A stretch of DNA of 64,000 nt from an uncultured Trueperaceae bacterium (GTDB taxonomy: Bacteria > Deinococcota > Deinococci > Deinococcales > Trueperaceae). The stretch is from the NCBI GenBank assembly GCA_963727505.1, contig CAVSGP010000009.1, positions 320,001 to 384,000 on the forward strand, in the 5' to 3' direction. The notes below the pieces were generated by a model. The model was not told the origin of the DNA. It saw only the letters and a program-made list of their open reading frames with translations, and did no database searches. Position numbers and translations under genes: made by a program. Shown one piece after another: positions 1-9,514 of this stretch; within the stretch, counting starts at the first letter, position 1; the number at the start of each line of letters is the position of its first letter.

Positions 1-2583
1 GCGCTCTGCGGAGGTGCGCAGGCCGTCGAGCAAGGTCGATGCCGTGTCGGCATCGAACGGCAGGTCGCCGGCAAGGCGCTCGCCGTCCGCCGCGAACAGG
101 GCGGCTCCGGTGACCTCGCCCTCGCTCCGGTAGGGCTCGAGCAGCGCGTCGACATCGCCGTCGGTGCCGCTTGCGCCTCCGGGCTCCGCGCCGGTCTCGG
201 ACGGGGCGCCCTCACCGAACAGGCCAAGGACGTCGTCCAAGACGTTGGCGCTGACGAGCTGGTCGGCGATCACGCGCGTCGCTTCGTACTCCTCCCGGAG
301 CTTCACAAGCAGCGCCTCGGCCTCGGACAGCGAGGCCTCGAGCTGAAGGCGAAGGCCGACCGAGACACGTTCCAAAGCGTCGCGCTGGGAGTCGAGATGC
401 CGGAGGATGCGACGAACGGTGGCGACGTCGTCGCTATTGAGCTTCTCGACCGGCGTGAAGGCTTGCAGAGCTGCGTCGAGCCGCGGCACCACGTTACGCA
501 GGCGCTCGTCGGCTTCGGCCTGCACACGCTCCAGGAGGGCCCAGGCCTGGGCCAGTCCGCGGGCCAGGTGGCCGTCGTCGATGCGCTGACGCGCTGTGCG
601 CAGGCGCTCCTGGAGGGCGTCGAGGGTGGCGCCTTCCAGGCCGCCGAGCCGGGCGGCTTCGCTCTCCAGCCGGTGCAGCTCGCCGATCTGCTCGCTGCGT
701 TCGGCTTCCCGCTCCTGATTGATGGCGGCCTTGAGCGCGTTCAGATCGGGGAAGTTGCCGTCCTCCAGGCCGTCCATCGCGGTGCGGATGCGTTCCAGCA
801 GGGGAGGGCTGGAAAGCTCGCCGGCTTGCTCGGCGAGGGCTTCGAGGCGGCGCTGCAATGTCGCCGTCGCCTGCCCCTTGAGCGCCTCGACCATGGAGGC
901 GGTGGCCTCGACCTGGGTGTCGTCGAGGGTCTCACTCTCGAGGTCCCCAAGTTGACGTTCGATCTCGGTCACCACGCTGCTGATGCGCGCGGCAACGGTG
1001 TCGAGCGCCGGCAGTGCCTGCACCTGCGCAAGCAGGTTGCGGAGCGTAGCGCGCTGGCGGTCGATCTGCTGATCGGCCAGCACGGCCATGGCGGACTCCA
1101 GCGAGGCCTCCGCCCGCCGCACGGTGTCGAGGATCTGCGGGTCGAGCACCTCCTGGGCGTGCGCATCTCGTAGGGCACCGACCTGGGCCTCGAGCTGCTG
1201 GTAGGCCTCGACGCTTGCGTGGCCCTCGTAGCGCAGCAGCGTCGATTCGAGCCGCTCGAGCATCGCCGACTGGTCGTGGAGCTGTGCAACGCGCTGCGCG
1301 CGCGTCTCGTCCTCGGTACGATCGAACGCCGCCACCTGGTCGAGCGCCAGCTGGTGGAGGTTTCGGATGTGGTGGATGTCGGCCTGGTTCGGCAGCGCGG
1401 TGCTGAGGATGCCGAGGCCCACGCGGAGCGCCTGCCGGAGTTCCGAGGTGTCGACCTCGGGCCGCAGCTTATCCAAGGAGGCATCGATCGTCTGGAGCTC
1501 GTCGCGGAGGGTCTCACGGTAGTCGTGGAACGCCTCCTCGAGGGTGCGTCGTAGCGCTGGCAGCGCTTCCGCGATGGAGGCGTCGCCGTCGAGCTGCGCG
1601 CGCACCTCGCCGACCGTGGAGCGTAACGTCGGTTGGAAGCCGAGCAGCTCGTCATACTCGGAGGCCAGGGCCTCGAGGTCGTGTCGTTCGTCCTCCAGGT
1701 CGAGCAGCAGCAGCTTGGCGCTCACTTCGGGATCGAGGTCGGCCGTGTCGATCGAGAGCAGGTCCTCCTCCTCGCCCTCGACGTCGAGGACTCCGCCCTC
1801 GCGGCGGTCGACGGGAGCCGGCTCCACCTCTTCGGCGTGCTCGGAGGTTGGTGCCTCCATCTCCTCGGAGTAGACGCTCGATTCCATCAGCTTGCGCAGG
1901 TCGCGCGCCAGCCTGCGGGCCCGTTCGACCTCGGCGGGGGCGAGCTGCCGGCCCTGCTGCGCCTCACCGATCTGGTTCACGAGGTTCTCCAGCCGGCGGA
2001 TCTTGGGTCCCCCCAGGGTGCGCACCTGCTCCAGAGCCTCGCTCAGCTCGCCGAGCTCGCGCGCCTGGATGACGAGATGATCCTCGAGCTTCTGCTCGAC
2101 AACGTGGAGCTGCGCCTCGGCGTCGTCGGCCAGCGAGGCCGCCTCTCGCTCGGATTCCTGTTCGGTCTCCAGGAGCTGGACCTGAGCGCGAAGCTTCTGC
2201 ACCTCCGGCCACTCGAAGTAGAGATTGAAGGGTTTGAGCGCGTCCTTGAGCTGTTTCAGGCGCTCGCGCTGGCGCGCCAACCCGACGTCGGGCGATGCGC
2301 CGGTGCCGGCTTGGTCCGACAAGCCCTGCAGACGGCCGAGGATATCCTCGATCTTCTGCTTGGCCTGCATGACCGGCATCGTTACCTGCAGTTGCCGGTA
2401 GACCTGCGCCTTGAGGATCTTCTCGACCGCTCCCAGATCGACCGTGTCGGGCGAACGCCCGAGCTGACGCATCCCCTCTTGCAGGGAGCGGGACACGACC
2501 CGTGGCGACAGGATCGTTTCCAGCTCCTCGACGGTCGATTGGTACACCTGGTTGCTCATGTGGTCGTTCGCTCGGTCGAGCAT
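1..2583 (-). CDS. Large coiled-coil protein (>860 aa, runs off the left edge) with an N-terminal helical domain and a C-terminal Roadblock/LC7-like domain
   Basis: Not in the ORF track because no stop lies in the window. GAGGAGG precedes ATG at 2583 (alternative ATG 8 codons in). The hand-translated start (MLDRANDHMSNQVYQSTVEELETILSPRVVSRSL...) and the window-edge end (DVDALLEPYRSEGEVTGAALFAADGERLAGDLPF...) are in the same frame; the E/L/A/R/Q-rich middle was not checked codon by codon. Confidence 0.85.
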   Translation of the reverse strand, partial: MLDRANDHMSNQVYQSTVEELETILSPRVVSRSLQEGMRQLGRSPDTVDLGAVEKILKAQVYRQLQVTMPVMQAKQKIEDILGRLQGLSDQAGTGASPDVGLARQRERLKQLKDALKPFNLYFEWPEVQKLRAQVQLLETEQESEREAASLADDAEAQLHVVEQKLEDHLVIQARELGELSEALEQVRTLGGPKIRRLENLVNQIGEAQQGRQLAPAEVERARRLARDLRKLMESSVYSEEMEAPTSEHAEEVEPAPVDRREGGVLDVEGEEEDLLSIDTADLDPEVSAKLLLLDLEDERHDLEALASEYDELLGFQPTLRSTVGEVRAQLDGDASIAEALPALRRTLEEAFHDYRETLRDELQTIDASLDKLRPEVDTSELRQALRVGLGILSTALPNQADIHHIRNLHQLALDQVAAFDRTEDETRAQRVAQLHDQSAMLERLESTLLRYEGHASVEAYQQLEAQVGALRDAHAQEVLDPQILDTVRRAEASLESAMAVLADQQIDRQRATLRNLLAQVQALPALDTVAARISSVVTEIERQLGDLESETLDDTQVEATASMVEALKGQATATLQRRLEALAEQAGELSSPPLLERIRTAMDGLEDGNFPDLNALKAAINQEREAERSEQIGELHRLESEAARLGGLEGATLDALQERLRTARQRIDDGHLARGLAQAWALLERVQAEADERLRNVVPRLDAALQAFTPVEKLNSDDVATVRRILRHLDSQRDALERVSVGLRLQLEASLSEAEALLVKLREEYEATRVIADQLVSANVLDDVLGLFGEGAPSETGAEPGGASGTDGDVDALLEPYRSEGEVTGAALFAADGERLAGDLPFDADTASTLLDGLRTSAER

Positions 2584-2632
2584 CCCGCCTCCTCGGGGGA
2601 GCGGGTGCTCGCCGACGCGGCCTCCCCCCGGC

Positions 2633-4507
2633 TCAGAACTCCTCATCCCAGTCGACCATCGAGTCCGCCCGCTCCTGGGTGTTGGTGGCGGTCGTCGTGG
2701 CAGTCTGGGTGGCCCCCGCGCCGCGACGGCCGCGTCCGCGTCCGAGCAAGCCGAACTGCACACAGATCCCGTACAGGCCCAGGATAGCGAAGACGATGGC
2801 GAGCACGATGAGTCCCGCCCAGACGACCTGACCGATGCTGCTCTGGAACATCGAGTAGTTCGACAGCACCTCGAAGGCGTCGTTGTTCGTCCATGTCGCG
2901 ATCATGCTTCCGAGCGCCGCCAGCGCCTCGTACACCACCGGCAGCAGCAGCAGGAACAACGCGACGCCGATGAGTTGCCAGTTGCGGTTCCCGCCCCCGA
3001 AGGCGAGGTTGAGAAGGTAGAGCGGCACGAACACGAGGATGCCGAAGACGAGCAGGACCAGCAGTCGCGGCCAGCCCGCCCACCAGCTCGACACGGCGCG
3101 GTTGAGCGCCAGGTTGGACGGCGCGGGGGCGCCGCTCACCACGCGGGCTACGGCGTCGGTCTGGGCGGTGAGGTTGTTCAAGTCGCGCAACCGCAAGCCC
3201 ACGAGGCCGGCCGTGCGCTGGACCATCGTGCGCATGTCGGCGTCCACATGGGGAGCCTTCGCTGCCACCAGCGGCGAGAGCAGCTCGCCGTACTGTTTCG
3301 AGAGCGCCCGGACGCGGTCGCGGGCGCCACCGACATCGCCGGCCATCAGCGCGGCGCTGGCCTGGGCCGTGATGGCGTACAGCGATTGGGTGGCACCCTG
3401 GAGGGTGTCGATGTTGGCGCTCTGGAGCGTCTCGGCCAGGTGTTGGCCGGCGGGACCGGGGAGTCCGGCCGCCTGCACCTGACGGGCGAGTGCGTCGAGC
3501 TTCTGCTGCTTCTGTTCGGCCACGATCTGGGCGCGTGAAGCGGCCTGGTCCGCGGACGCGGCCGGCGCGGCGGCTGCCGGCGTACCGGCGGGCGCGGCGG
3601 CGGAGGAAGCGGCGCTCGCCGGCGGCGTCCCGCCGCTGGGGGCGTTCGCGCCGGGCGTACTCACGGAGGGGAGCTCGGAGGGCCCAGCGGCGGTGTTGCT
3701 CGGGGCCGCGGTACCGGTGGTGCTGGCGCTAGCCAATGCCTGCTGGTCAGCCTGGGCCAGGCGCCCGGCACTGGACGAGATCGCCTGGGCCGCCTGCTGG
3801 AAGGTGGTGTCGTCCTTGGCGACGATCGCCTTGGCGGCATCGATGAAGTGCTGGTTGAAGCCGGCCTGCAGGCGCGGCGAGTCCTGCACCAGCAGGGAGG
3901 TGCCGTACGCGTCGGCGAGCGATTGATAGGCGACCGAGCGATCGGTGGGGAGAAGACGCTCGGCGACCGAGACCTCCTCGGAGAGGGTCCGGGCGACCGC
4001 TTCCTCGGTCCGGAGACGCAAGGCTGCCACGGTGTCCGCGGAGCGGATGGCATCCACCGATACCGGATCGAACTTCATGTCGGTGCCGATGCGTTGCAGG
4101 CGCGCCTTAGCGGTAGCCATGTCGCCGGCGACAGCGGCCTTGAAGGCTGCGTCATACACCAGGCGACGGAAGCCGCCCGCCAGGACCGCGGTCTGGACGG
4201 CGATGTCGGTCCTACTCTGATTCTGCACGGCGGTGCGGGCGCGCCCGAAGAGGTTCTCCATGGCCTTGACCAGGGTGGCGCTGGTGGTGTCGCGTGACAG
4301 CGTCATGAGCGCGTTGACTGCGTGGTCGAGCTGAGTACGTGCCTTGGCGCTGTCGTCGGGCACCGCTGCGACGGCCTGGTTCAGGTTCTCGATCGCCAGG
4401 TCGTAGCGTTGCAGATACGTGTCGGCCTGTTGCGCCCAAACGGTGGCGCACAGGCCGAGCGCGAGCGTCAGGACGCCCGCCACGAAGGTACGTTTGCCCC
4501 TGTTCAT
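2633..4507 (-). CDS. Exported/membrane protein: signal peptide, helical extracytoplasmic region, Ala/Pro/Ser linker, ~3 C-terminal TM helices
   Basis: 624-aa ORF with signal peptide (...LGLCATVWA/QQ), a hydrophobic C-terminus and acidic tail DWDEEF; ATGA overlap with the upstream gene. Confidence 0.85.
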   Translation of the reverse strand: MNRGKRTFVAGVLTLALGLCATVWAQQADTYLQRYDLAIENLNQAVAAVPDDSAKARTQLDHAVNALMTLSRDTTSATLVKAMENLFGRARTAVQNQSRTDIAVQTAVLAGGFRRLVYDAAFKAAVAGDMATAKARLQRIGTDMKFDPVSVDAIRSADTVAALRLRTEEAVARTLSEEVSVAERLLPTDRSVAYQSLADAYGTSLLVQDSPRLQAGFNQHFIDAAKAIVAKDDTTFQQAAQAISSSAGRLAQADQQALASASTTGTAAPSNTAAGPSELPSVSTPGANAPSGGTPPASAASSAAAPAGTPAAAAPAASADQAASRAQIVAEQKQQKLDALARQVQAAGLPGPAGQHLAETLQSANIDTLQGATQSLYAITAQASAALMAGDVGGARDRVRALSKQYGELLSPLVAAKAPHVDADMRTMVQRTAGLVGLRLRDLNNLTAQTDAVARVVSGAPAPSNLALNRAVSSWWAGWPRLLVLLVFGILVFVPLYLLNLAFGGGNRNWQLIGVALFLLLLPVVYEALAALGSMIATWTNNDAFEVLSNYSMFQSSIGQVVWAGLIVLAIVFAILGLYGICVQFGLLGRGRGRRGAGATQTATTTATNTQERADSMVDWDEEF

Positions 4508-5388
4508 GGTCCCTCCTCCAGCGCGGCCCGCGCTGCGAATACCGCACCCATATTGACGTTGGCCCGGGTGAGCACCGCGATGGCGTCACGTCCGAGCGGG
4601 AAGATGAAGAGCAAGCCGGCCTCGTGCTCCAGCACGAGGGATCTCAACGGTCCGAAGCGGCCGAGGAGCCGCACGGCGGATTGGGCGAGCGGGGCCAGGG
4701 CGTCCGCGTCGACGGTTGTGCCGCGCACCTGCGGCTCACCGGTGGCCCGCAGGGCGATCACCTGCAGTACGCCTTCGACCTCGGCGAAGTGGACGCTGAA
4801 TGCGTCCAGTGCCTCGGCCCCGAGCGGATGAGGCACCACCGTCGGGTGCGAGCGGTCGCGCCCGCGCCGGCGCCCGCGCGCCGGGGCGGGCGCCGCGGCG
4901 TCGCCGGCGTCGGCGGTCGCGACCGCCAGCGCCTCCTCACGCGCGCGCCAGGATGGGTCGCCTCGACGGTGCGCGGCCGCGGGCGGCGAGCGCGTCGCGG
5001 CCGCGGTTTCGGAGGGTGGTTCGTCGGACATCGGCGGCGCCGCGTCCGGAAGGTAGACCGAGGACCGGGTGACCGGGTTCAGCACCGTATGAGAGCGCTC
5101 TTGCAGCCCGGCCCTGGCGGGGGTGACGGGACCCCCAAACGAGCGCCCCTCGTCGGCCACCTGTCGGGCGAGGCGGCGCAAGGTACGGCGAAGGCCCGTG
5201 CGCGGCAGGATGCCCTCCAGCTCGCTCTGGATCGGTCCCAGCAACAGGTGGCGCATGGTGCGCTCGTCGAGCGCGTCGGCGTTCTCGTGGGAACGGCGCA
5301 AAGCAGCGTCGAGCACGCGCGTCGCAGCCCGCTCCGATACCAGCGTCGCGAGCGCGTCGCGCGTGCGAAAGTAGACCTCATTAGGCAC
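4504..5388 (-). CDS. Roadblock/LC7 (MglB-like) domain protein with an N-terminal helical domain
   Basis: C-terminus VEGVLQVIAL...LRSLVLEHEAGLLFIFPLGRDAIAVLTRANVNMGAV fits the Roadblock pattern; GGAGG RBS before GTG. Confidence 0.75.
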   Translation of the reverse strand: MPNEVYFRTRDALATLVSERAATRVLDAALRRSHENADALDERTMRHLLLGPIQSELEGILPRTGLRRTLRRLARQVADEGRSFGGPVTPARAGLQERSHTVLNPVTRSSVYLPDAAPPMSDEPPSETAAATRSPPAAAHRRGDPSWRAREEALAVATADAGDAAAPAPARGRRRGRDRSHPTVVPHPLGAEALDAFSVHFAEVEGVLQVIALRATGEPQVRGTTVDADALAPLAQSAVRLLGRFGPLRSLVLEHEAGLLFIFPLGRDAIAVLTRANVNMGAVFAARAALEEGP

Positions 5389-5621
5389 CGCGCGCCTCCG
5401 CAGCCAACGTGCTAGCGCCGATCGTCGACATGGTCGCTCATCCTACCTAGCCTTCCGGGGCCGTTCCGAGCGGATCGTCGGGGGCCCGGCAGTGGCTCAA
5501 GCATAGGCGCAACGTCCCCGCCGCCCCTGTGAAATATTCCGTTGGGATGGGCTTTCCCGCACAACATGTGCCGTCGCTGCGGGCGCTCCCCGGAGTGCTC
5601 CGAGGCCGCCCGCCGAGGCGC

Positions 5622-6080
5622 TCACAGCGTAGGGCCGGCGTCGGCGCGGCCGGGCACGAAGGAGGCCCCGGAACCGTTCACCTCGTACTTCCACACCGGC
5701 AGGCGCGCCTTCAGTCCCTCTACGATCTCGGCGCACGCCTGCAGCGCGGCGTGCCGGTGGGCAGAGGAGACCACCACCGCGAGGCTGATGTCGCCTGCGC
5801 TCAGGCGGCCCAACCGGTGCACGACCACCACCCTTCCGAGCGCGTGCCGCGAGCGCGCGTCGGCGGCCAGACGTTCCATCTCACCCACCATCATGGGGGC
5901 GTAGCCCTCGTAATCGATGTGCTGCACGATCTCGCTGCGGTTGGGTGAGCGCACGCTTCCAAGGAAGGAGGCCACGGCCCCATAGGCAGGGGCCGACGCT
6001 TCCTCGAGCAGGGTCCCGGGTTGGATGGGTTCGGATGCGACCAGGAGCAGGTCGGGAAGGCGTCCTTCGGGCTCGGTCAT
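5622..6080 (-). CDS. moaE: Molybdopterin synthase catalytic subunit
   Basis: GAVASFLGSVR, YEGYAPM, VHRLG, SSAHR, LKARLPVWKYE; start at the ATG overlapping the moaD stop. Confidence 0.93.
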   Translation of the reverse strand: MTEPEGRLPDLLLVASEPIQPGTLLEEASAPAYGAVASFLGSVRSPNRSEIVQHIDYEGYAPMMVGEMERLAADARSRHALGRVVVVHRLGRLSAGDISLAVVVSSAHRHAALQACAEIVEGLKARLPVWKYEVNGSGASFVPGRADAGPTL

Positions 6081-6322
6081 CCGCCCGAGACGGGGGGGAG
6101 GAACGCCACCACGTCGCCGTCGACGAGCGTGGTGGCGGGGTCGGCGTAGTGCTCGTTGACGGCGCACATGACGCCCCGCAGGCGCTCGCTTCCGAGGACA
6201 CGCTCGACCTGATCGGCGGCGCTGCGTACGGTGGAGCCGACGGGCAGATCGAGCTCGAGCCGGGGGCGCTGGGCGGCCACCCGCAGGTCGGCGAACAACA
6301 GCACGGTGACCGTCACGCTCAC
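6077..6322 (-). CDS. moaD: Molybdopterin synthase sulfur carrier
   Basis: 81 aa, VLLFA...AVN...GDVVAFLPPVSGG with the C-terminal GG motif. Confidence 0.95.
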   Translation of the reverse strand: MSVTVTVLLFADLRVAAQRPRLELDLPVGSTVRSAADQVERVLGSERLRGVMCAVNEHYADPATTLVDGDVVAFLPPVSGG

Positions 6323-7278
6323 GCCCCCTGCAGGCCCAGCGACAGCGCCTCGCTGACGCCGCGTGCCACCATCATCGCGGCGGGGTAGCGCATGCGGGCG
6401 GGCCCGAGCACGGTCAACGAGCCGACGCCGACGCCGATCTCGAAGCCAGAGGTGACGCGGGCGACGGCGTCGTCGAGGTCGAGCCCGACCGGTAGCCCCT
6501 CAGGGTTCCAACCGGCGGTCGATGGGTCGGCGCGCTCGACCTGTTCCACCACCAGACGGATGAATTCGGGGTCGCTCGACTCCGGTTCGGCGAGGAGGTG
6601 ACGCAGCCCTTCGCTGAACATGCGCGGTGGGTTCAGGCGCGGCCAGGCGCGGGCGATCGCCTGGAGCGTGCGCGCCAGCTCCTCGTCGGCGTGCGTAGCG
6701 ATGGTGTCGAGCGCGCGTTGCACCTCGCCCAACGGCAGGGTGAGCTGTCGCAGGTTGCGCTCGGCGTCGTCGAGCACGCGGTTGGCGGGAGGCGGTGCGA
6801 GATCGACGCTGAGCTGGCGGACGATGCCGTTCTCCAGAACGACCACGGCCAGCAACCGTTCGGCCGACAGCATGCTGAGGTGGATCTCCAGGATGTGGAG
6901 CGCGTCGTCGGCCGGCAGGCGCACCACCACCGCGTATCCGGAGAGCTCGGCGGCCGTGCGCGCGACGAGCGCGAAGAGCCCGTCGCCGTTGGTGGCCTGG
7001 AGCTGACGCAAGAGCTGCGAACGTTGTTGTTCGGGGAGCTGGCGGGGCGGCAGGCAGCCCAGGGCGTAGGACCGGAAGCCACGCGACGTCGGGATGCGCC
7101 CGGCCGAGGTGTGGGGCTGTTGCAGATAGCCCTGCTCCTCGAGCGCGGCGAACTCGTTGCGAACGGTCGCGCTGCTCAGCTCCAGCCGCTCGGCGATGCG
7201 GGCCGAAGCGACGGGATGCGCCGTCCGTATGTAGGACTCCGCGACCATGCGAAGGATGCGGGCGCGGCGATCGTTCAT
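6319..7278 (-). CDS. hrcA: Heat-inducible transcription repressor
   Basis: SSATVRNE, LQQPHTSAGRIPT, LGPARMRY motifs. Confidence 0.95.
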   Translation of the reverse strand: MNDRRARILRMVAESYIRTAHPVASARIAERLELSSATVRNEFAALEEQGYLQQPHTSAGRIPTSRGFRSYALGCLPPRQLPEQQRSQLLRQLQATNGDGLFALVARTAAELSGYAVVVRLPADDALHILEIHLSMLSAERLLAVVVLENGIVRQLSVDLAPPPANRVLDDAERNLRQLTLPLGEVQRALDTIATHADEELARTLQAIARAWPRLNPPRMFSEGLRHLLAEPESSDPEFIRLVVEQVERADPSTAGWNPEGLPVGLDLDDAVARVTSGFEIGVGVGSLTVLGPARMRYPAAMMVARGVSEALSLGLQGA

Positions 7279-7344
7279 GGCGTCATGCTAGCACGACGAG
7301 CCCCGTTCGATGTCGTGGCTACCGCGACAGGGACGGCATTCCAG

Positions 7345-7842
7345 CTAGCTCGCAGGGCGGGCGGCGGGCAGGGCGTCCGGATCCAACCCGCCCAACGTCA
7401 CCACGTGGCGATAGTGGGCTTCGTCTACCGGCATCACGCTCAGGCGGTTACCGCGGCGCACCAGCGCCAGGCCCTCGACCGCCGGGTCCTCCTTCAAGCG
7501 GATCAGGGGGACCGCCTCCGGGAGGCGTCGCATCGGTTCGAGGTCGACCAGCACCCAGCGGGGGGCTTCCTCGCTGGCTTTCGGGTCATAGTGCGGGTCG
7601 TCCTCGTCGAACTGTGTCGGGTCCGGGTAGGCCCCGGAGGCCACACGGGCGACCCCCACCACCGCCGGCTCCGCGACGTTGGAGTGGTAGAAGAGGACGG
7701 CGTCGCCCACCTGCATCTCGTCGCGCATATAGTTGCGGGCCTGGTAGTTGCGCACGCCGTCCCACATGGTCCGGCCGTCGCGCTCCAGGTCATCGTAGCT
7801 GTAGGCGTTGGGTTCGCTCTTGACCAACCAGGCTCGGCTCAT
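7345..7842 (-). CDS. EVE domain protein
   Basis: WLVKSEP, WDGVRNYQARN, FYHSN, RLSVMPV; start placed 7 nt after TACGAT. Confidence 0.92.
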   Translation of the reverse strand: MSRAWLVKSEPNAYSYDDLERDGRTMWDGVRNYQARNYMRDEMQVGDAVLFYHSNVAEPAVVGVARVASGAYPDPTQFDEDDPHYDPKASEEAPRWVLVDLEPMRRLPEAVPLIRLKEDPAVEGLALVRRGNRLSVMPVDEAHYRHVVTLGGLDPDALPAARPAS

Positions 7843-7957
7843 GCGGGCCATCGTAGCAGCGGCCCCGAGACGGCGTTCGTCGCCGGCGGTCGGCGTTCCG
7901 GACGCCGCGACGCCTACGTCGCTCGGAGCGCCGAGTGATCCAGGCCTTCGGCCTGGA

Positions 7958-9490
7958 TCACTCCCACTCGATCGTGCCCGGCGGTTTCGACGTGATGTCG
8001 AAGACGACCCGGTTGACCTCGGCCACGCTGTTGACGATGCGGTTGGACACGGTCGCCAGGAAGTCGTGAGGCAGGCGCGTCCAATCGGCCGTCATGCCGT
8101 CGACGCTGCTCACGGCGCGCAGCGCCACGGTATGGGCGTAGGTGCGGCCGTCCCCCATGACCCCCACCGAGCGGATCGGCGTGAGCACCGCCAGCGCCTG
8201 CCACGTCTCGTGGTAGAGACCGAACTCGCGCAGGCTGCTGATGAAGATGTCGTCGACGCGGCGGAGGACGGCGAGCCGCTCGGGGGTGACCTCGCCGATG
8301 ATCCGGATGGCGAGCCCGGGGCCTGGGAACGGGTGGCGGTCGCGCAGGTGCTTGGGCAGGCCCAGCGTCTCTGCGATCTCCCGCACCTCGTCCTTGAACA
8401 GCGTCCTGAATGGCTCGATGAGCTCGAAGTCGAGGTCTTCCGGGAGCCCGCCCACGTTGTGGTGCGACTTGATGTTGGCGGCTCCGAAGCCGCCGGCCGA
8501 CTCGACCACGTCCGGGTAGAGCGTGCCCTGGGCCAGGTAACGGATGGGCCCCTCGTGCTCCTGGACGGCCCGCGCCTGACGTGCGAACACCTCGATGAAC
8601 TCGCGCCCGATGATCTTGCGTTTCGCTTCGGGGTCGCTCACGCCCGCCAGGGCGTTCAGGAAGCGCTCCGAGGCGTCCACCACGCGCAGATCCACACCCA
8701 GCTCCCTGAGCGCCCGCTCGACCTCCTCGGCTTCACCGAGCCGCAACAGACCGTGGTCGACGAACACGGCCACCAGTCGATCGCCGAGCGCACGGTGGAG
8801 CAGCAGGCCCAGCGTGCTGGAGTCGACCCCGCCCGAGATCCCTAGGAGGACGCGGGCGTCCCCCACGCGCTCGCGCACGTCGGCCGTCATCTGCTGCACG
8901 ATGTTCTCGGGCGTCCAGTCACGCCGGATGCCGGTGGCGTGCACGAAGCGCTCGAGCACCGCCATGCCCTTGGGCGTGTGGCGAACCTCGGGGTGGAACT
9001 GCAGGGCATACAGGCGCCGTTCGGGCGCCTCCATGGCGGCAACGGGTGTGTCCTCGGTGGACGCGCACACCGTGAACCCGTCGGGAGGCGCCGCCACCGA
9101 GTCGCCGTGGCTCATCCATGCAACGAACTCGCCCTCCACACCATCGAACAGGTCTCCGCCGTAGCGCGTGAGGGCTGCCTTGCCGTACTCCCGCACCGGA
9201 CTCGCCAGGACGCGGCCACCGAGTTCCCGCGCGATGAGCTGCATGCCGTAACAGATCGCAAGGGTCGGCAGGCCCGCCTCGAGCAGCCCGTCGGGCAGCC
9301 CGGGTGCTCCCGGCTCGGTGACGCTCTGGGGCCCGCCCGAAAGGATGACGCCGGAAGGGTCGAAGCCCCGGATCGTCGCGAGGTCGGCGGTATGCGGAAC
9401 GATGACCGAGAACACGTTGAGTTCGCGTAGCCGGCGCGTGATGAGCCGGGTGTACTGCGAGCCATAATCCACGACGACGATGCTGGGCAT
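7958..9490 (-). CDS. guaA: GMP synthase
   Basis: [42 protein letters not shown]. Confidence 0.98.
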   Translation of the reverse strand: MPSIVVVDYGSQYTRLITRRLRELNVFSVIVPHTADLATIRGFDPSGVILSGGPQSVTEPGAPGLPDGLLEAGLPTLAICYGMQLIARELGGRVLASPVREYGKAALTRYGGDLFDGVEGEFVAWMSHGDSVAAPPDGFTVCASTEDTPVAAMEAPERRLYALQFHPEVRHTPKGMAVLERFVHATGIRRDWTPENIVQQMTADVRERVGDARVLLGISGGVDSSTLGLLLHRALGDRLVAVFVDHGLLRLGEAEEVERALRELGVDLRVVDASERFLNALAGVSDPEAKRKIIGREFIEVFARQARAVQEHEGPIRYLAQGTLYPDVVESAGGFGAANIKSHHNVGGLPEDLDFELIEPFRTLFKDEVREIAETLGLPKHLRDRHPFPGPGLAIRIIGEVTPERLAVLRRVDDIFISSLREFGLYHETWQALAVLTPIRSVGVMGDGRTYAHTVALRAVSSVDGMTADWTRLPHDFLATVSNRIVNSVAEVNRVVFDITSKPPGTIEWE

Positions 9491-9514
9491 GGGGCTATGG
9501 GGCTCCTTCGGCGC

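Noticed and set aside
164..3538. Long + strand ORFs at the left edge (e.g. 397-1173, 1633-2787, 2552-3538)
   Set aside because: Antisense shadows of the real minus-strand genes, typical of high-GC DNA. The same applies to most overlapping ORFs across the track.
5528..5543. TGTGA half-site (CRP-like) upstream of the Roadblock operon
   Set aside because: No TCACA half-site at the N6 spacing.
7285..7322. Possible CIRCE element upstream of hrcA
   Set aside because: Only TAGCAC matches; it lacks TTAGCACTC-N9-GAGTGCTAA and overlaps the -10 box.
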